DNA of 64,000 bases from Octopus sinensis (GCF_006345805.1 NC_043023.1:11656001-11720000); one strand, 5' to 3'; counted from the stretch's first letter, positions 12,085 through 25,589 are shown. Made by a program: numbers and translations. Notes: generated by a model not told the origin, from the sequence alone.

Positions 12085-12400
12085 CACATGTGCTGTTTGT
12101 GCAACAAAATAGGAAGATAAGACATCAAATGTCAAAACCTTAGAAATATGTGGTATGTCCAGCATCCAAAGCATGTTGATGAGAATTCAGTGCAGATGGT
12201 TAGGACATGCCTTTCAAATGAAAAATGGCTGCATTCAAAAAATTATTCTTTATGGCCAAAAAATGGAGGGATATCATGGCAGAGGAAGACCTGTCCTTAG
12301 GTGTAAGGATGAGCTGAAGCAATCAGTAAAATCTCTAGAGCTTGATTTGACATGTTGGGGAAAGTCATTGCCTGGATCCACTTCCATGGTGTAAAATATC
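12085..12400 (+). mobile_element. Decayed RTE-type LINE 3' fragment (shorter paralog at 7219-7380)
   Basis: RIQCRWLGHAFQM...LYG...RGRPVLRCKDELK resembles the RTE ORF C-terminus. Confidence 0.7.
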
Positions 12401-12647
12401 TGGCTCTAGGCAAATGGTGTAAATCTGATTTAGGTGTATTTACACCATTTCTTTACAACAAGAAATTTTCTCTATGACAAAACATGGTGAATAAATTCGA
12501 ATCTGGCACTGACATTCTTAGAATGGTAATAACATATTACTTATAAACATCACTGCTTAGTTCTCCTACCTTGTTTAAAAAGTAAAACACCAAGGGAGGG
12601 CCAGGGATTGTGCACCTGTGTATCCACAATATATACTGACATATACA

Positions 12648-12921
12648 TCTCTATATATATAAAACTGATAATGTGTGTGGGTGTCTGTCTGTGTGTTTCC
12701 CTAAAACTTGAGAACTACACAACCAATTTCATTCAAATTTTACACATGCCTTACTTAGGGTCCATGTAGTTTCATGGGTAAAAGAAATGTCCCACTTCTT
12801 GCCTAGGGCGAGCCCATAGCAATATCATATCTTCTCCATTATTTCAGTATTACGTGTTAAACTTTACACATATATACATGCACTAGCACTATGACCCGAC
12901 AACGACGGGTCATAATGCTAG
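12648..12921 (+). mobile_element. Non-autonomous Helitron
   Basis: A|TC 5' end; 3' hairpin tatgacccg/cgggtcata (12890-12914), CTAG|T end; no TSD. Confidence 0.8.
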
Positions 12922-13804
12922 TTTTTACTAAAGTAAATACAGATTTCTCCTTCCAGTTATGCATACATCCATAAATACCTCACTGAATCCACAATGTGTC
13001 ATCAAAGTCAAACTGGACTACATTCACTGCATGCATTCCACTTGGATTACAGACTTGAAATCCGAACGAATGGAATTTTCCAAGTTAGGCAAAGAATAAT
13101 TAACAACAAAGATGGGCTTTAGTCCAGTACTGCTGTTTCTGACATATTCTTTACTGATTAACAAAAGTGTAACATCCTGCAAAAGAGCCGTTTTAATCAG
13201 GTGAATAAAGGTAAGAATTAGAAATCAGAACTTCCCAAGAAACTGAACATGATGCCAGATGACTCAACTGACCTGATTCCGCCAGGAGAGTGACTAGGTT
13301 CTGCCTTACTAAGTTTATTTTAACCCTTTCGTTACCAACCTGGCTGAAACCGGCTCTAGCAATGAGTACAAATGTCTTGTTTTCATAAGTTTTGAATTGA
13401 AATCTTCCACCAAACCTTAGTCACAATTTGTGTTCCTAACACAAGCTTAATGATAACAAAGTTATTTTACTAAATTCTGTGTTATATTTAAAATTAATTT
13501 AAAGAAACACAACACAGGTAGAGAATGGGGCAGATGGAGAGAGAAATGAAAGGGAAGCAGTGATATTTGAGCTCATAAAGGGCTGTAGGGTAAAACAAAG
13601 GGTTGAAAAGTTGGATTAGCAAGAGGTTATCCATTGATGCGACACACTCTTGGGGAAAGGTACACCTTGCAATGGTGGATGGCGTCATGGAGAGAAATCA
13701 GGGTGGTAATGCTGCAATCAGTGTGTTTGGAATTGGGGCTTTTAGATGAGCTATTAATGGACAAAATAGTACAGCTTTTTGCACCATCACTCAATCAAAT
13801 TTAA

Positions 13805-14025
13805 CCCTTTAGCATTCAGATTTCTTTGTGAAATTTATTGCCTATTTAATTCATACTGTTTTGAATTAATCACATATTATTTTGCAACCTCAAAATTTAA
13901 ATGGTGTGGCTATATATTTTTAAAATGACATTGTAGGGTAGGTGTGAGAGGTTGGATCCAGACAGTTTTAACATAAAACAGGTGGAATAATTGGGCCGGT
14001 TATGGCCGGATTAAATGCTAAAGAG
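13805..14025. mobile_element. piggyBac-like MITE
   Basis: TTAA|ccctttagcatt ... aatgctaaagag|ttac. Confidence 0.65.
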
Positions 14026-14807
14026 TTACGGCTGAGAGGCCGTCTTCGAGTTTGTTCCACAGACAGCCATATTCCGGTACGAATGGAGGCACTGCAGCAG
14101 CTGGAGTTTGAAGGGGTTACATGGTACAGGCCATAGACAAAGTAGGGTGAAGCCCCCAAATGCGTGTGTGGGACATTCCCAATCACCGATAACAGACGAA
14201 CTGCACACAGAAATGTCGCTGTGGGTAGCTATTAAGTTGGTCTGCAGAGAAGTGCCATCCGGTTAGGTAGGAGAAGGATCTGACAATTTATATCAGTGGT
14301 TCTCAACTCAGGTCCACACAGCCCCATCAGGGTCCTATATAAGATTGAGGGGATTACGCAACAAAATATTATGGAAAACAATAATTATATTTTAAGGGTA
14401 TTCTAAAAAATTTTGCTTTACGAACGTAACTGATATGTACTATGTCATAAATAACAGGGACAATTTCATATGACACTGGAAATAATTGTTGTTGACAACT
14501 ATCAGGACAAATTGGATTCACCTCAAGAGACGTCATTGATTGGTTGAAATTGCCGAAATGCAAGAAATTAAACAACAAATATCTTACAAACTATAGAATT
14601 TTCTCAATAAAGCCAAGAGAAAAAAATGTTTTATAAACACATTCTACCAGTATACGAAGTTTAAAAGTGTTTAGTTACAAAGAAATTATTTTAAAAATCT
14701 GCCGTTCAAACCGAAAATTCCTACGTGAGTACTCTGTGTTAAAATAATCTGGTGTAAATTTGCGAAGTGGTTGTCAGAAAAACACTGAAACGAAATCACC
14801 TGTCAGT

Positions 14808-14956
14808 GGAGCTATCTATTGGAGAATTAAAGAAATACAATCATATAAAGGGAAGTAACTGCTACCAAACTTGTTTTACAAGCTCCAAGTTAAACATTAA
14901 TTAAGGTGCTTAATTAGCGATCACTGACTCGTTGTTCATATCTGAATACGGTAAGT
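14808..14956 (+). promoter_or_regulatory. Putative promoter/exon-1 module of ZNF-C
   Basis: gctatctattgg at 14811; donor acg|gtaagt at 14951. Confidence 0.55.
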
Positions 14957-16246
14957 TGAGAAATATTTACTTGAAGGTTATAATGGTGATAATAATGCAA
15001 ATAATAGAATTATGTGACCCTCTTGATGTTATAGTATTTATTACGAATCGAAAACATCTGGAAAATATTTCGTTTTTGGATTTGGTTTGCAAGATTCTTT
15101 ATATGAGTTCGTGTATTGAAGCATATTCTGTCGTGTCTGGGGAGAGTCATTCTCTTTTGGTGCCTTATAATTTAACACACTCACCTGTAAAATTTCCACT
15201 TTTTTCTTATTTTTATTCTCCTAAAATTTTCGTTGCGTCTTGCAACCTTTTCAATAGTTTTCAGTTTTGATATATAGAGATAAGTGGCTGATAATAGGTT
15301 TTAGAGTTTTGTTGTGGGTGTAAGGGTCGTAAATCACTTCCTCGTTTCGGCGGGGGAGGTTGAAATTTGATATTGTTGTGATGAGTGGTCAGTCTACACG
15401 TATCCACCACTACAGGTTTATAGTGTGTGTGTGCGTGCATTTACACACATACATACATGCGTACGTACATTCATACATACATACATGCGTACGTACGTAC
15501 ATACATACACACATACATGCGTGCATACATACATACGTACATATATATAACGAACTAACTGTTACTTTCTCAGATGCAGCATGGAATTTTGTCAGTGAAC
15601 AGGTCGCGGGTCTCAAAGCGACGAAAATATTTTGACAAATTAAATTTAAATGTTGAAGTGAATCTATCGGATTTTGTGTGATTCTTAAATGGCTTACAAA
15701 CACCTTCCACGCTGCATTTGTTTTCGTTTCAGCACACGATCTCAGATCAAATCACTTGCTATGCAAGTACATCTCCGTAGTTTTCAGTAGTTTTGAGTCA
15801 AAACTATTGAAAAGGTTGCAAGACGCAACGAAAATTTTAGGGAAATAAGAATATAAAAATTAAAAAAGGAATAAGGGGAAATTTTACCGGTGAGTGTGTT
15901 AAATTATAAGGCACAAAAATGAAAATAATAAGGATCTTTCAAATTGTTTAGTTAACTAGAAATTGTGTTGAATTCTGTCTTTCAAAAGGAAAAGATCCAA
16001 TAAAATAATAATGAAATTATTGTATACAGTGCTCAGGTGCACCACAACAAAATGACTTTCCCCAGACACAACAGAATTTGGAAAATATATTTCCGTGTCT
16101 TAAATAATGAATTCCAAACCGAAATGTTGATGTGTTGCTTATGAAATCTTATGATCGACTGTTACATGTGATATAAAGGAAATTAGTAAGTGGTGTAATT
16201 ATTAAAATGAGACGAAACCGTTTGCAGAATACTACATTCATTAATG

Positions 16247-17352
16247 GGTACTACTAGCGAACAGTGCGCACACGCGCATCTGCGCTAGCCTGTTGTGACC
16301 AGTCGATCCTGTAACGACTACCTAGCAAAGTAAATAAAACAGAAAATAAATCATTTTTTTTACCCAAAATAAATCATTTTTCTTAAACAAAGTGGATCTT
16401 TTCCTTTTGAACTGCAGATGTCAACGCAATTTCTAGTTAACTAAACACTTTTAAACCTCATAAACATCATTTTCTCTTGGTTTTATTGAGAAAATTCTAT
16501 AGTTTGTAAGGTATTTCGTCTGAAAATCCGAGCATTTCGGCAATTTTAACCTATCGATTACCTCCATTCAACTAAAATCATTTGCTGCGTCTAAAACTGA
16601 GACAACATCCTGTAACTAACCCTAAATTTTTTTTTCTTAATTGTTAAATTAATTTAATTGTTACGCGTGTAAAAAAAACTAAAGCAATGGAAAATAATTT
16701 AAACAATTAACATACAAAATAATTCTATAATTTTATACACACGCTTTCCATAACACACACTTTCCATATACGTATGGAAAGCGTTTGTATAAAATTATAG
16801 AATTATTTTGTTTGTTAATTGTTTAAATTATTTTCCATTGCTTTAGTTTTTTTTACACACGTAACAATTAAGAAAAAAAAAATTAGGTTTAGGGTTAGTT
16901 ACAGGATGTTGTCTCAGTTTTAGACGCAGCAAAGGATTTTAGCTCAAAAGAGAGCATAGGATTGGTTAAAATGCGAAAAATTAAACAACGTTAAACAAAC
17001 AAATTACAATTTTCTCAAGAAAGCCAAGAGAAAAAAATATTTTATTTTGACACATTCTACCAGTATACAAGGTTTTAAAGTGTTTAGTTAACTAGAAATT
17101 GTGTTGAAATCTGGCCTTCAAAAGGAAAAGATCCAAAAATATTTTATTTTGACACATTCTACCAGTATACGAAGTTTTAAAGTGTTTAGTTAACTAGAAA
17201 TTGTCTGCCGTTCAAAAGGAAAAGATCCATCAAAGTAAATAAAACACAAGTAAATAACACAAAAACACACAAAGTAAGGATCGACTAGTCATGACTAGCT
17301 TGCTGTGGATACGTGAGTACTCGCACCGGGACCACTGTTCTCAAGAAGGACC
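16247..17352. mobile_element. GGTAC-family MITE with an 8-bp TSD, containing a nested element
   Basis: TSD cattaatg at 16239-16246 and 17353-17360. Confidence 0.85.
16394..17228. mobile_element. Nested foldback element with GGATCTTTTC TIRs
   Basis: ggatcttttccttttgaa...ttcaaaaggaaaagatcc; flanks aacaaagt and atcaaagt; internal palindrome 16572-16942; right end duplicated (17134 and 17228). Confidence 0.8.
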
Positions 17353-18198
17353 CATTAATGTTGACCTCTTTTTTATGAGGCATCGGTAGAACAATAAGTT
17401 GACAAAGACTTCTTTTAAGATTATATTAATACTAGTAATGATGATGATGGTCTCAAATTTTGGCAGATAGTCGTTTACATAGAAGTAGGTAGCTCCCGAA
17501 AGGAATGGAAGCCAAAATCGACCTCGGCCGTATAACTCAGGACTTGTTTTTGTATATATATATATGAATGCTGTATTTTATTTTATTTCCGACGTAGGAT
17601 CTTTTTGGTTTGAACAGCAGTTTTTTCTCGCGGTGTCATATGAAATTATCACTCATAATTATGACCCTAGTATCGATCTATTGCATTTCAGTCATATATA
17701 GACATTGAATGAATGACAGTGTTGCAATGTTGAATTACTATGTTTTTTAATGATTCTCTTTATCTTAATGTTTCTTTTCCTATTTCAGAATAACATACCA
17801 TGTTGATGGAAACGAAATTTCTTCATTCAGATGTGCCGATGATATTTTTATTGACTTTCATCAACTAAAAGAAGACCATATATATATATAAGTATAAGGC
17901 ACATTCATCAATACATCAATCTCTTTATGAAAATAAAATCTTTGTGATAAACAATGGGAAAATACTGTATTCAACAGCAACATTTTTTTGTTTTCACTGT
18001 CTGGAATGTACAGGAGATGATCAATTTACAGGTTAATTGAGCTTGGATAACTTTACAAAAGAGTTAACCGTTTACATCTTGTGTTTTAGATATTAAGATC
18101 ACCGATGAAACACAACTTGAAATTATTCTCTGAAAATAGTGATAAAACTGGACACAAACCTTCATAGAAATGAAAAACACGATATCATTGTGACATGT

Positions 18199-19296
18199 AT
18201 GACAAATTATTCTCTTGTAATGAATAATTTAACTAAACCAAAAAACTCTGATACAAAAGAGAAACCATATTCCTGTGATATCTGTGATAAATCATTTTCT
18301 GAAAAGAGTTATTTAACCAGTCACAAACATATTCATGTTGGAGAAAAGCCATATCATTGTGACATCTGTGGTAAATCATTCTCTGGAAATAGTTACTTAA
18401 CTAGTCACAGACGTATTCATACTGGGAAAAAACCATATCAATGTGATATCTGTGGTGAATCATTTTCTGAAAGTAGTAACTTGAAAAGGCACAAACGTAT
18501 TCATACGGGTGAGAAACCATATCATTGTGATGTCTGTGGTAAATCATTTTCTCATTGTGGTAACTTGACTAATCACAAACGTACTCATACAGGAGAGAGG
18601 CCATATCATTGTAAGATCTGTGGTGAATCATTCTCTAGAGATAATAACTTGACTACTCACATACGTATTCATACTGGGGAAAAACCATATCATTGTAATA
18701 TCTGTGGTAAATCATTTTCTGAAAAGAGCACGTTAACACGTCACGAACGTATTCATACTGGGGAAAACCCATATCAGTGTGATATCTGTGGTAAATCATT
18801 TTCTCAAAACGGTGACTTGCCTAAACACAAACGTACTCATACAGGAGAGAAACCATTTTATTGTAATATCTGTGGTAGATCATTTTCTGGAAGTAGTGAT
18901 TTGACAAAACACAAACGTACACATACAGGAGATAAGCCATATCAGTGTGATATCTGTGGTAAATCATTTTCTGAAAGTAGCACTTTAACCTGTCACAAAC
19001 GTATTCATACAGGAGAGAAATTGTATCATTGTAATATCTGTGGTAAATCATTCTCTACAAATAGCTATTTGATTAGTCACACACGTATTCATACTGAAGA
19101 AAACCCATATCAATGTGATATTTGTGGTAAATCATTTTCTCACAACAAGACTTTGAATAATCACAGACGTATTCATACAGGAGAGAAGCCATATCATTGT
19201 TATATTTGTGGTAAATCATTCTCCCAAAGTGGGGTCTTGTCTAAACACAAACGTACACATGCGGGGAAGAAGCCACATGATTGTGATATCTGGTGA
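18199..19296 (+). CDS. C2H2 zinc-finger protein C (12 fingers, ends HDCDIW*)
   Basis: First ATG at 18199 within the track ORF 18139-19296; 12 intact fingers; out-of-frame finger relics follow the stop. Confidence 0.92.
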   Translation: MTNYSLVMNNLTKPKNSDTKEKPYSCDICDKSFSEKSYLTSHKHIHVGEKPYHCDICGKSFSGNSYLTSHRRIHTGKKPYQCDICGESFSESSNLKRHKRIHTGEKPYHCDVCGKSFSHCGNLTNHKRTHTGERPYHCKICGESFSRDNNLTTHIRIHTGEKPYHCNICGKSFSEKSTLTRHERIHTGENPYQCDICGKSFSQNGDLPKHKRTHTGEKPFYCNICGRSFSGSSDLTKHKRTHTGDKPYQCDICGKSFSESSTLTCHKRIHTGEKLYHCNICGKSFSTNSYLISHTRIHTEENPYQCDICGKSFSHNKTLNNHRRIHTGEKPYHCYICGKSFSQSGVLSKHKRTHAGKKPHDCDIW

Positions 19297-19929
19297 ATCA
19301 TTCTCTAGCAATAGTAACAAACATATTCATACTGGGGAAAAAACCATATCAGTGCCATATCTGTGGTAAACCATTCTCTGCAAATGGCCTCTTAAGTACA
19401 CATGTGAGTATTCATACACAAGTGTAACTGTATCAGTATTAAAATTTATTACACCATGACGACAATTATGAATATTTTGTCTGCTAAAAGACAGGGTTTA
19501 TTCCTCTTCAAGCTTGACATTATCGACTTCAGTTTGTTGGATGTCAACATGAAATTCATGAATCTCAACTTCAATATCACTTATATATCTAAATATATCA
19601 ACACAGAGATGACTTTGGTTTCTGAAGATGATTGTGCTGGATTTTTGAGGAATTTGTTATGAGAGAATAAAGGAATGGGAATAAGGAATAAAAGTTTTAA
19701 GTGACATTGATTTGGTCTTTGTTGTGTTTTCATCATCATCATCCTCTAACATCCATTTTCTTTGCAGACATTAGTGGAAAAGTGTGGCAGGTGATGATTG
19801 TTGTTAAATCCATATATACTTCCTTGGTTTTTCTTTTGCAATAATCCATAATATTCATATGTAAAATCCATTGTATTGTCTTGTATTCCAAATATAATTC
19901 ATATACTTAGTTTAGAAATGTGAAGTTTA

Positions 19930-20168
19930 GTGCCTTATAATTTAACACACACACCGGTAAAATTTCCACTTATTTCTTTTTTATTTTTCTAAAATTTTCA
20001 TTGTGTCTCGCAACCTTTTAAATAGTTTTGACTCCATATTGGTGTAAAGGCTTACCACTGAAATAGTCAAAACTATTGGAAAGGTTGCAAGACGCAACGA
20101 AAATTTTAGAAAATTAAAAAAGGAATAAGTGGAAATTTTACCGGTGAGTGTGTTAAATCATAAGGCAC
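19930..20168. mobile_element. Foldback MITE core (gtgccttata...taaggcac)
   Basis: About 104-bp arms (19930-20033 and 20064-20168); single arms also at about 895-1010, 8410-8515, 15150-15265 and 15800-15915. Confidence 0.75.
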
Positions 20169-20256
20169 CAAAAGAGGATGACTCTCCCCTGACAACAGAA
20201 TATGGTTCAACACACAAACTCACATAAAGAATTTTGCAAACCAAACCCAAAATATA

Positions 20257-20293
<37 letters not shown>

Positions 20294-20600
20294 TGGAGTA
20301 AACACATAAATGTGAAACAAGGTGGAAAAAGGAGTACTCCAATACCAGAGGTAGAGTAATATGCTTTATTTAAAAAAGCAGAAATTTAACAAAAGCTGTT
20401 ACTCGGAGTAATATATATATATATTGGTAAAAACGGTAAGATAACAAAAGAAAGAAAGAGACCTCAATATTATGTAAATAGAGGAATTTATCTGTAAAAT
20501 AATTGTCACATATTACATTTACAGATATATATAAATATATATATAGATTTATATATATATATAGATTTATATATATATATAGATTTATATATATACAGAT

Positions 20601-20641
<41 letters not shown>

Positions 20642-20720
20642 TATATGTATGTATATATATATATATGTATGTATATATATATATGTATGTATATATATAT
20701 ATATGCATAGATATATACAT

Positions 20721-22378
20721 CAAGACTAGTCAGGCCATAACCCGTGGCCCCTACCTGGGACGTAGTCAGTCCACCTGTGCATACCTTCCTTCTTGTGACA
20801 CTTATGAAGACCTGTTGAGGCAAGTGAAAATCAAATCAAAACAAACACAATAGATGAACATCAATGGAACTTGTATCTTTGTGGTACCAGTGCCGGTGGC
20901 ACACAAGAAAAAAATCCAAACGTGGCAGTAGCCAGTACCGCAACGACTGGCCTCCGTGCTGTGGGCACATAACACCATCCGATCGTGGCTGTTAACCAGC
21001 CTCATCTGGCACCTGTGTCGGTGGCATATAAAAACACCATCCAAAGACCCCGCAAGACTAGTCAAGCCATAACCCGTGGCCCCTACCTGGGACGTAGTCA
21101 GTCCACCTGTGCATACCTTCCTTCTTATGACACTTGTGAAGACCTGTTGAGGCAAATGATAATCAAATCAAATCAAAACAAATCAAAATAGATGAACATC
21201 AATGGAACTTGTATCTTTGTGGTACCAGTGCCGGTGGCACACAAGAAAACCATCCGAACGTGGCAGTAGCCGGTACCACATCGACTGGCTTCCGTGCTGT
21301 GGGCACGTAACAAACACCATCCGATCATGGCCGTTCGCCAGCCTCATCTGGCACCTGTGTCGGTGGCATATAAAAACACCATCCAAAGACCCGGCAAGAC
21401 TAGTCAAGCCATAACCCGTGGCCCCTACCTGGGACGTAGTCAGTCCACTTGTGCATACCTTCCTTCTTATGACACTTGTGAAGACCTGTTGAGGCAAATG
21501 ATAATCAAATCAAATCAAAACAAATCAAAATAGATGAACATCAATGGAACTTGTATCTTTGTGGTACCAGTGCCGGTGGCACACAAGAAAACCATCCGAA
21601 TGTGGCAGTAGCCGGTACCACATCGACTGGCTTCCGTGCTGTGGGCACGTAACAAACACCATCCGATCGTGGCCGTTCGCCAACCTCATCTGGCACCTGT
21701 GTCGGTGGCACATAAAAACACCATCCGAAGATCCGGCAAGACTAGTCAGGCCATAACCCGTGGCCCCTACCTGGGACGTAGTCAGTCCACCTGTGCATAC
21801 CTTCCTTCTTATGACACTTGTGAAGCAAGAAGACTTGTTGAGGCAAGAAGACCTGTTGAGGCAAGTGAAAATCAAAATCAAAATCAAAAAATCAAAATAG
21901 ATGAACATCAATGGATTTGTATCTTTGTGGTACCAGTGCCGGTGGCACACAAGAAAACCATCCGAACGTGGCCGTAGCCAGTACCGCAACGACTGGCCTC
22001 CGTGCTGTGGGCACGTAACAAACACCATCCGATCGTGGCCGTTCACCAGCCTCATCTGACACTTGTGTCGGTGGCACATAAAAACACCATCCGAGCGTGG
22101 CCGTCTGCCAGCCTCGTCTGGCACCTGTGTCGGTGGCACATAAAAAACACCATCCGAGCGTGGCCGTTCGCCAGCCTCGTCTGGCACCTGTGTCGGTGGC
22201 ACATAAAATCACCCACTACACTCTCGGAGTGGTTGGCGTTAGGAAGAGCATCCAGCTGTAGAAACACTGCCAGATCTGACTGGCCTGGTGCAGCCTTCGG
22301 GCTCCCCAGACCCCAGTTGAACCGTCCAACCCATGCTAGCATGGAAAGCGGACGTTAAATGATGATGATGATGATGAT
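20721..22378 (+). mobile_element. RTE-X-like LINE 3'UTR with three extra head-to-tail 332-342 bp modules
   Basis: Unit starts caagactagt at 20721, 21053, 21395 and 21737; the last unit runs to the (GAT)n tail. Confidence 0.9.
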
Positions 22379-22516
22379 ACATATACACATATATATATAT
22401 GCATATATATATACATATATATATATGCATATATATATATATATCTATGCATATATACATATATATATATATGCATATCTATGCATATATATACATACAT
22501 ATATATATATACATAT

Positions 22517-22572
<56 letters not shown>

Positions 22573-22636
22573 CATACATATATATAACATATATATTTAT
22601 ATACATATATATATATACATATACATATATATCTGC

Positions 22637-22677
<41 letters not shown>

Positions 22678-22702
22678 CGTATATATATGTATATATATAT
22701 AC

Positions 22703-22741
<39 letters not shown>

Positions 22742-22872
22742 TATATGTATATATATACATATATATATATATATACATACATATATATACATATATATCA
22801 ATATATATATATCTATATATATATATACATATATATATATACACACACACATATATATATATACACACACAT
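22378..22872. repeat. (TA)n-rich microsatellite (others at 20520-20720, 32055-32170, 57350-57775, 59760-60345)
   Basis: Direct reading; these tracts produce the spurious YIYI ORFs. Confidence 0.97.
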
Positions 22873-23049
22873 AGGAGTGGATGTGTGGTAAGAAGTTTGC
22901 TTCCCAAACACATGGTTCCAGGTTCAGTCCCACTGCGTGACACCTTGGACAAGTTTCTTCTACTATAACCACGAGCTGACCAAAGCTGTGTGAGTGGATT
23001 TGTTAGACGGAAACTGAAAGTAGTCCATCGTTTATATATATATATATAT

Positions 23050-23220
23050 ATACTAAGCAATAAGGGTTTAGCAACGAGTTGCCTTACCACATACCGAATT
23101 TAGAAATAGCAGTCAAAGGGTTATAGCTATTTAGAAGAAATAGCTATAACCCTTTGACTGCTATTTCTAAATTCGGTATGTGGTAAGGCAACTCGTTGCT
23201 AAACCCTTATTGCTTAGTAT
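23050..23220. repeat. Perfect inverted repeat, 83-bp arms, 5-nt loop
   Basis: 23050-23132 is the exact reverse complement of 23138-23220. Confidence 0.95.
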
Positions 23221-23448
23221 TACTTAAATTTTCCTCGAATGAGGCTTTTACATGCCGAAGACTACTTGGTGTAATTGATAATTTTTCCAAATTAATTAAT
23301 TTCACCCTTCATTATTACGGATAACTATATATATATATATATATATAGGTATGTAAATATATAGGATGTCAAATATTTTTAGGAATTTCACCACCAGTGG
23401 CCTAGCATGTATAAAAGTCAATAGTCGACATATTCTCAATATAAAATA

Positions 23449-23628
23449 GTGTACATTTAAACACAAGAGAAAACTACCTTTAACGGGTAATTTTATATGC
23501 TAGAAGAAGCAGTTGAAACGACCAAAACCACATTGCTCTTAAATGTGGTTTTGGTCGTTTTGACTGCTTCTTCTAGCATGTAAAACTTACCTGTTAAAGG
23601 TAGTTTTCTCTTGTGTTTAAATGTACAC
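23449..23628. repeat. Imperfect inverted repeat, about 86-bp arms, 7-nt loop
   Basis: gtgtacatttaaacacaag...cacatt gctctta aatgtg...ttaaatgtacac. Confidence 0.9.
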
Positions 23629-24074
23629 AATTTCATAAATATATATAGATATATAATGCACACACACATATATATATATCACCGTGACCGACCAGGCTAT
23701 CAGGTGTTGCTACACATCGCTGGTTACAATACGCTTTGCATTGTTTCAGCCTTCAATTGATGCCACCCCGCTGGCTAAGTGAGCAGGCCAACAGAAGAAA
23801 GAGCAAGAGAAAGTCGTGGCGAAAGGGTACAGCAGGGGTCGCCACCATCCCCTGCCAGAGCTTCGTGGAGCTTTTAGGTGTTTTCGCTCAATAAACACAC
23901 ACAAGGCCTGGTCTGGGAATCGAAACCGCGATCCTACGACCACGAGTCCCCTGCCCTAACCACAGGGCCACTGCGCCTCCACACACACACACACATATAT
24001 ATATAATATGCTCTTTATTTTCCCAGGATGGAAAATATTACTATAGGATGATAATGATGATGATGATGGTGATT

Positions 24075-24375
24075 AAAAAACAAGATGGACAAAGTCAACA
24101 GTTTAACCTTTTATTCATTATTTCCATTTCTTTATTCTCTCATAACAAAATTCTTCAAAAATCCAGCACGATCATCTTCAGAAATCAAAAGCATTGTTGT
24201 GTTCATATATTTCAGGTATATTGTATATACACATCATTCAGGTTGATATTCATGAATTTGATGTTGATACTGGTAAAACTGGTGTTGATAACGTGAAATT
24301 TGAAGAGGAAAAAACTCTGTCCTTTAGCAGACAAAACAGTCATAATTGTTTTTATGTAATAAATTTTGATATTGA
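24075..24375 (-). pseudogene. Orphan ZNF 3'UTR fragment
   Basis: Colinear with the ZNF-E 3' region 33770-34055; on the coding side it abuts a LINE 3'UTR copy instead of fingers. Confidence 0.75.
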
Positions 24376-25589
24376 ACATCAAAATAAAAAATCAAATGGA
24401 AATTGTAGTTAAGACACTCGTGCTGGGGACACGTAAAAAGCACCGTCTGAATGCGGCAGATACTAGCTTCGCCTGACTGATGTCTGTATCGGTGACATAT
24501 AAAAGCACCAACCGATCGTGGCCGTTTGCCAGCCTGCTCTGGCCCCTGTGCCAGTGGCACGTAAAAAACACCCACTACATTCACGGAGTGGTTGGCATTA
24601 GGAAGGGCATCCAGCTGTAGAAACTCTGCCAGATCAGATTGGAGTCTGGTTTGCCAGACCTCAGTCAAATCATCCAACCCATGCTAGCATGGAAAGCGGA
24701 CGTTAAATGATGATGATGATGATTTGGTAGATTAACGGTAATTAAAAATTTTCCATGACTACATTTCTGATAATACTTTTTAGATCGTTTAGATTACGAT
24801 TACATACGAATTTGTTGTCACAATTTTTTTTCAAAGAAGTTGGAGTCCAGAAGAATTTCGGGTAAATTTTGATATTTCACCCACAAGATTTTCATAAAGA
24901 CAAACAAAAAAACTCAGATTTTTTGCATGGAATCAAGTACCCTGACCTCACAATGTGCTGCAAACTCCTTATTTTTGCTTGGAAAAAGTGGGGCAGACCC
25001 CTTTACCCCTGGATAAAGGGGTAAATATATATTTTTTTTTCAGTGGATGGTGATGATGATAATATATATATACACACATATATATATGTGTGTGTATGTG
25101 TGTGCATACGTACACATATAAAGCACACAGCATAAACTGTGAACAGGTTAGCATTAGGAGAATACACCCAAAGAAACCCAAACAAATCAGACTGGAACCT
25201 AGTGCAGCATTTTGGTTTGCCAGCTCATGTCACACTGTGCCACCCATGCCAGTAAAAAAAAAAAATTCACTAAAGGATGATGATGATAACAGCGATAATG
25301 ATAAAAACACATAGACAAAATCAACTTCAGTGTAACCTTTAATACATTATTCCCATTTCTTTATTCTCTCATAAACAAATTGCTCAAATATCCGAGCAAT
25401 CATCTTCAGAAATCAAAGGCATTGTTGATATACTTCCATATATATACATGACATTCATGAATTTGATGTTGACATTATTGAAAATTAAGTCGATAACATC
25501 ATATTTGAAGAGATAAAAATAGCCGTGTCTTTCAGTAGAAAAAAATAGCCATAAATGTTGTAACAGATATTAATACTGAATGGTTGCAC

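Noticed and set aside
20721-22080. CRISPR-like array
   Set aside because: Units are wholly repeated LINE 3'UTR with no unique spacers; eukaryotic context.
22359-23090. Long [12 protein letters not shown] ORFs here and at 20370-20853, 56372-57867 and 59334-60324
   Set aside because: Stop-free frames of (TA)n, (CA)n and (TACA)n microsatellites; no coding signal.
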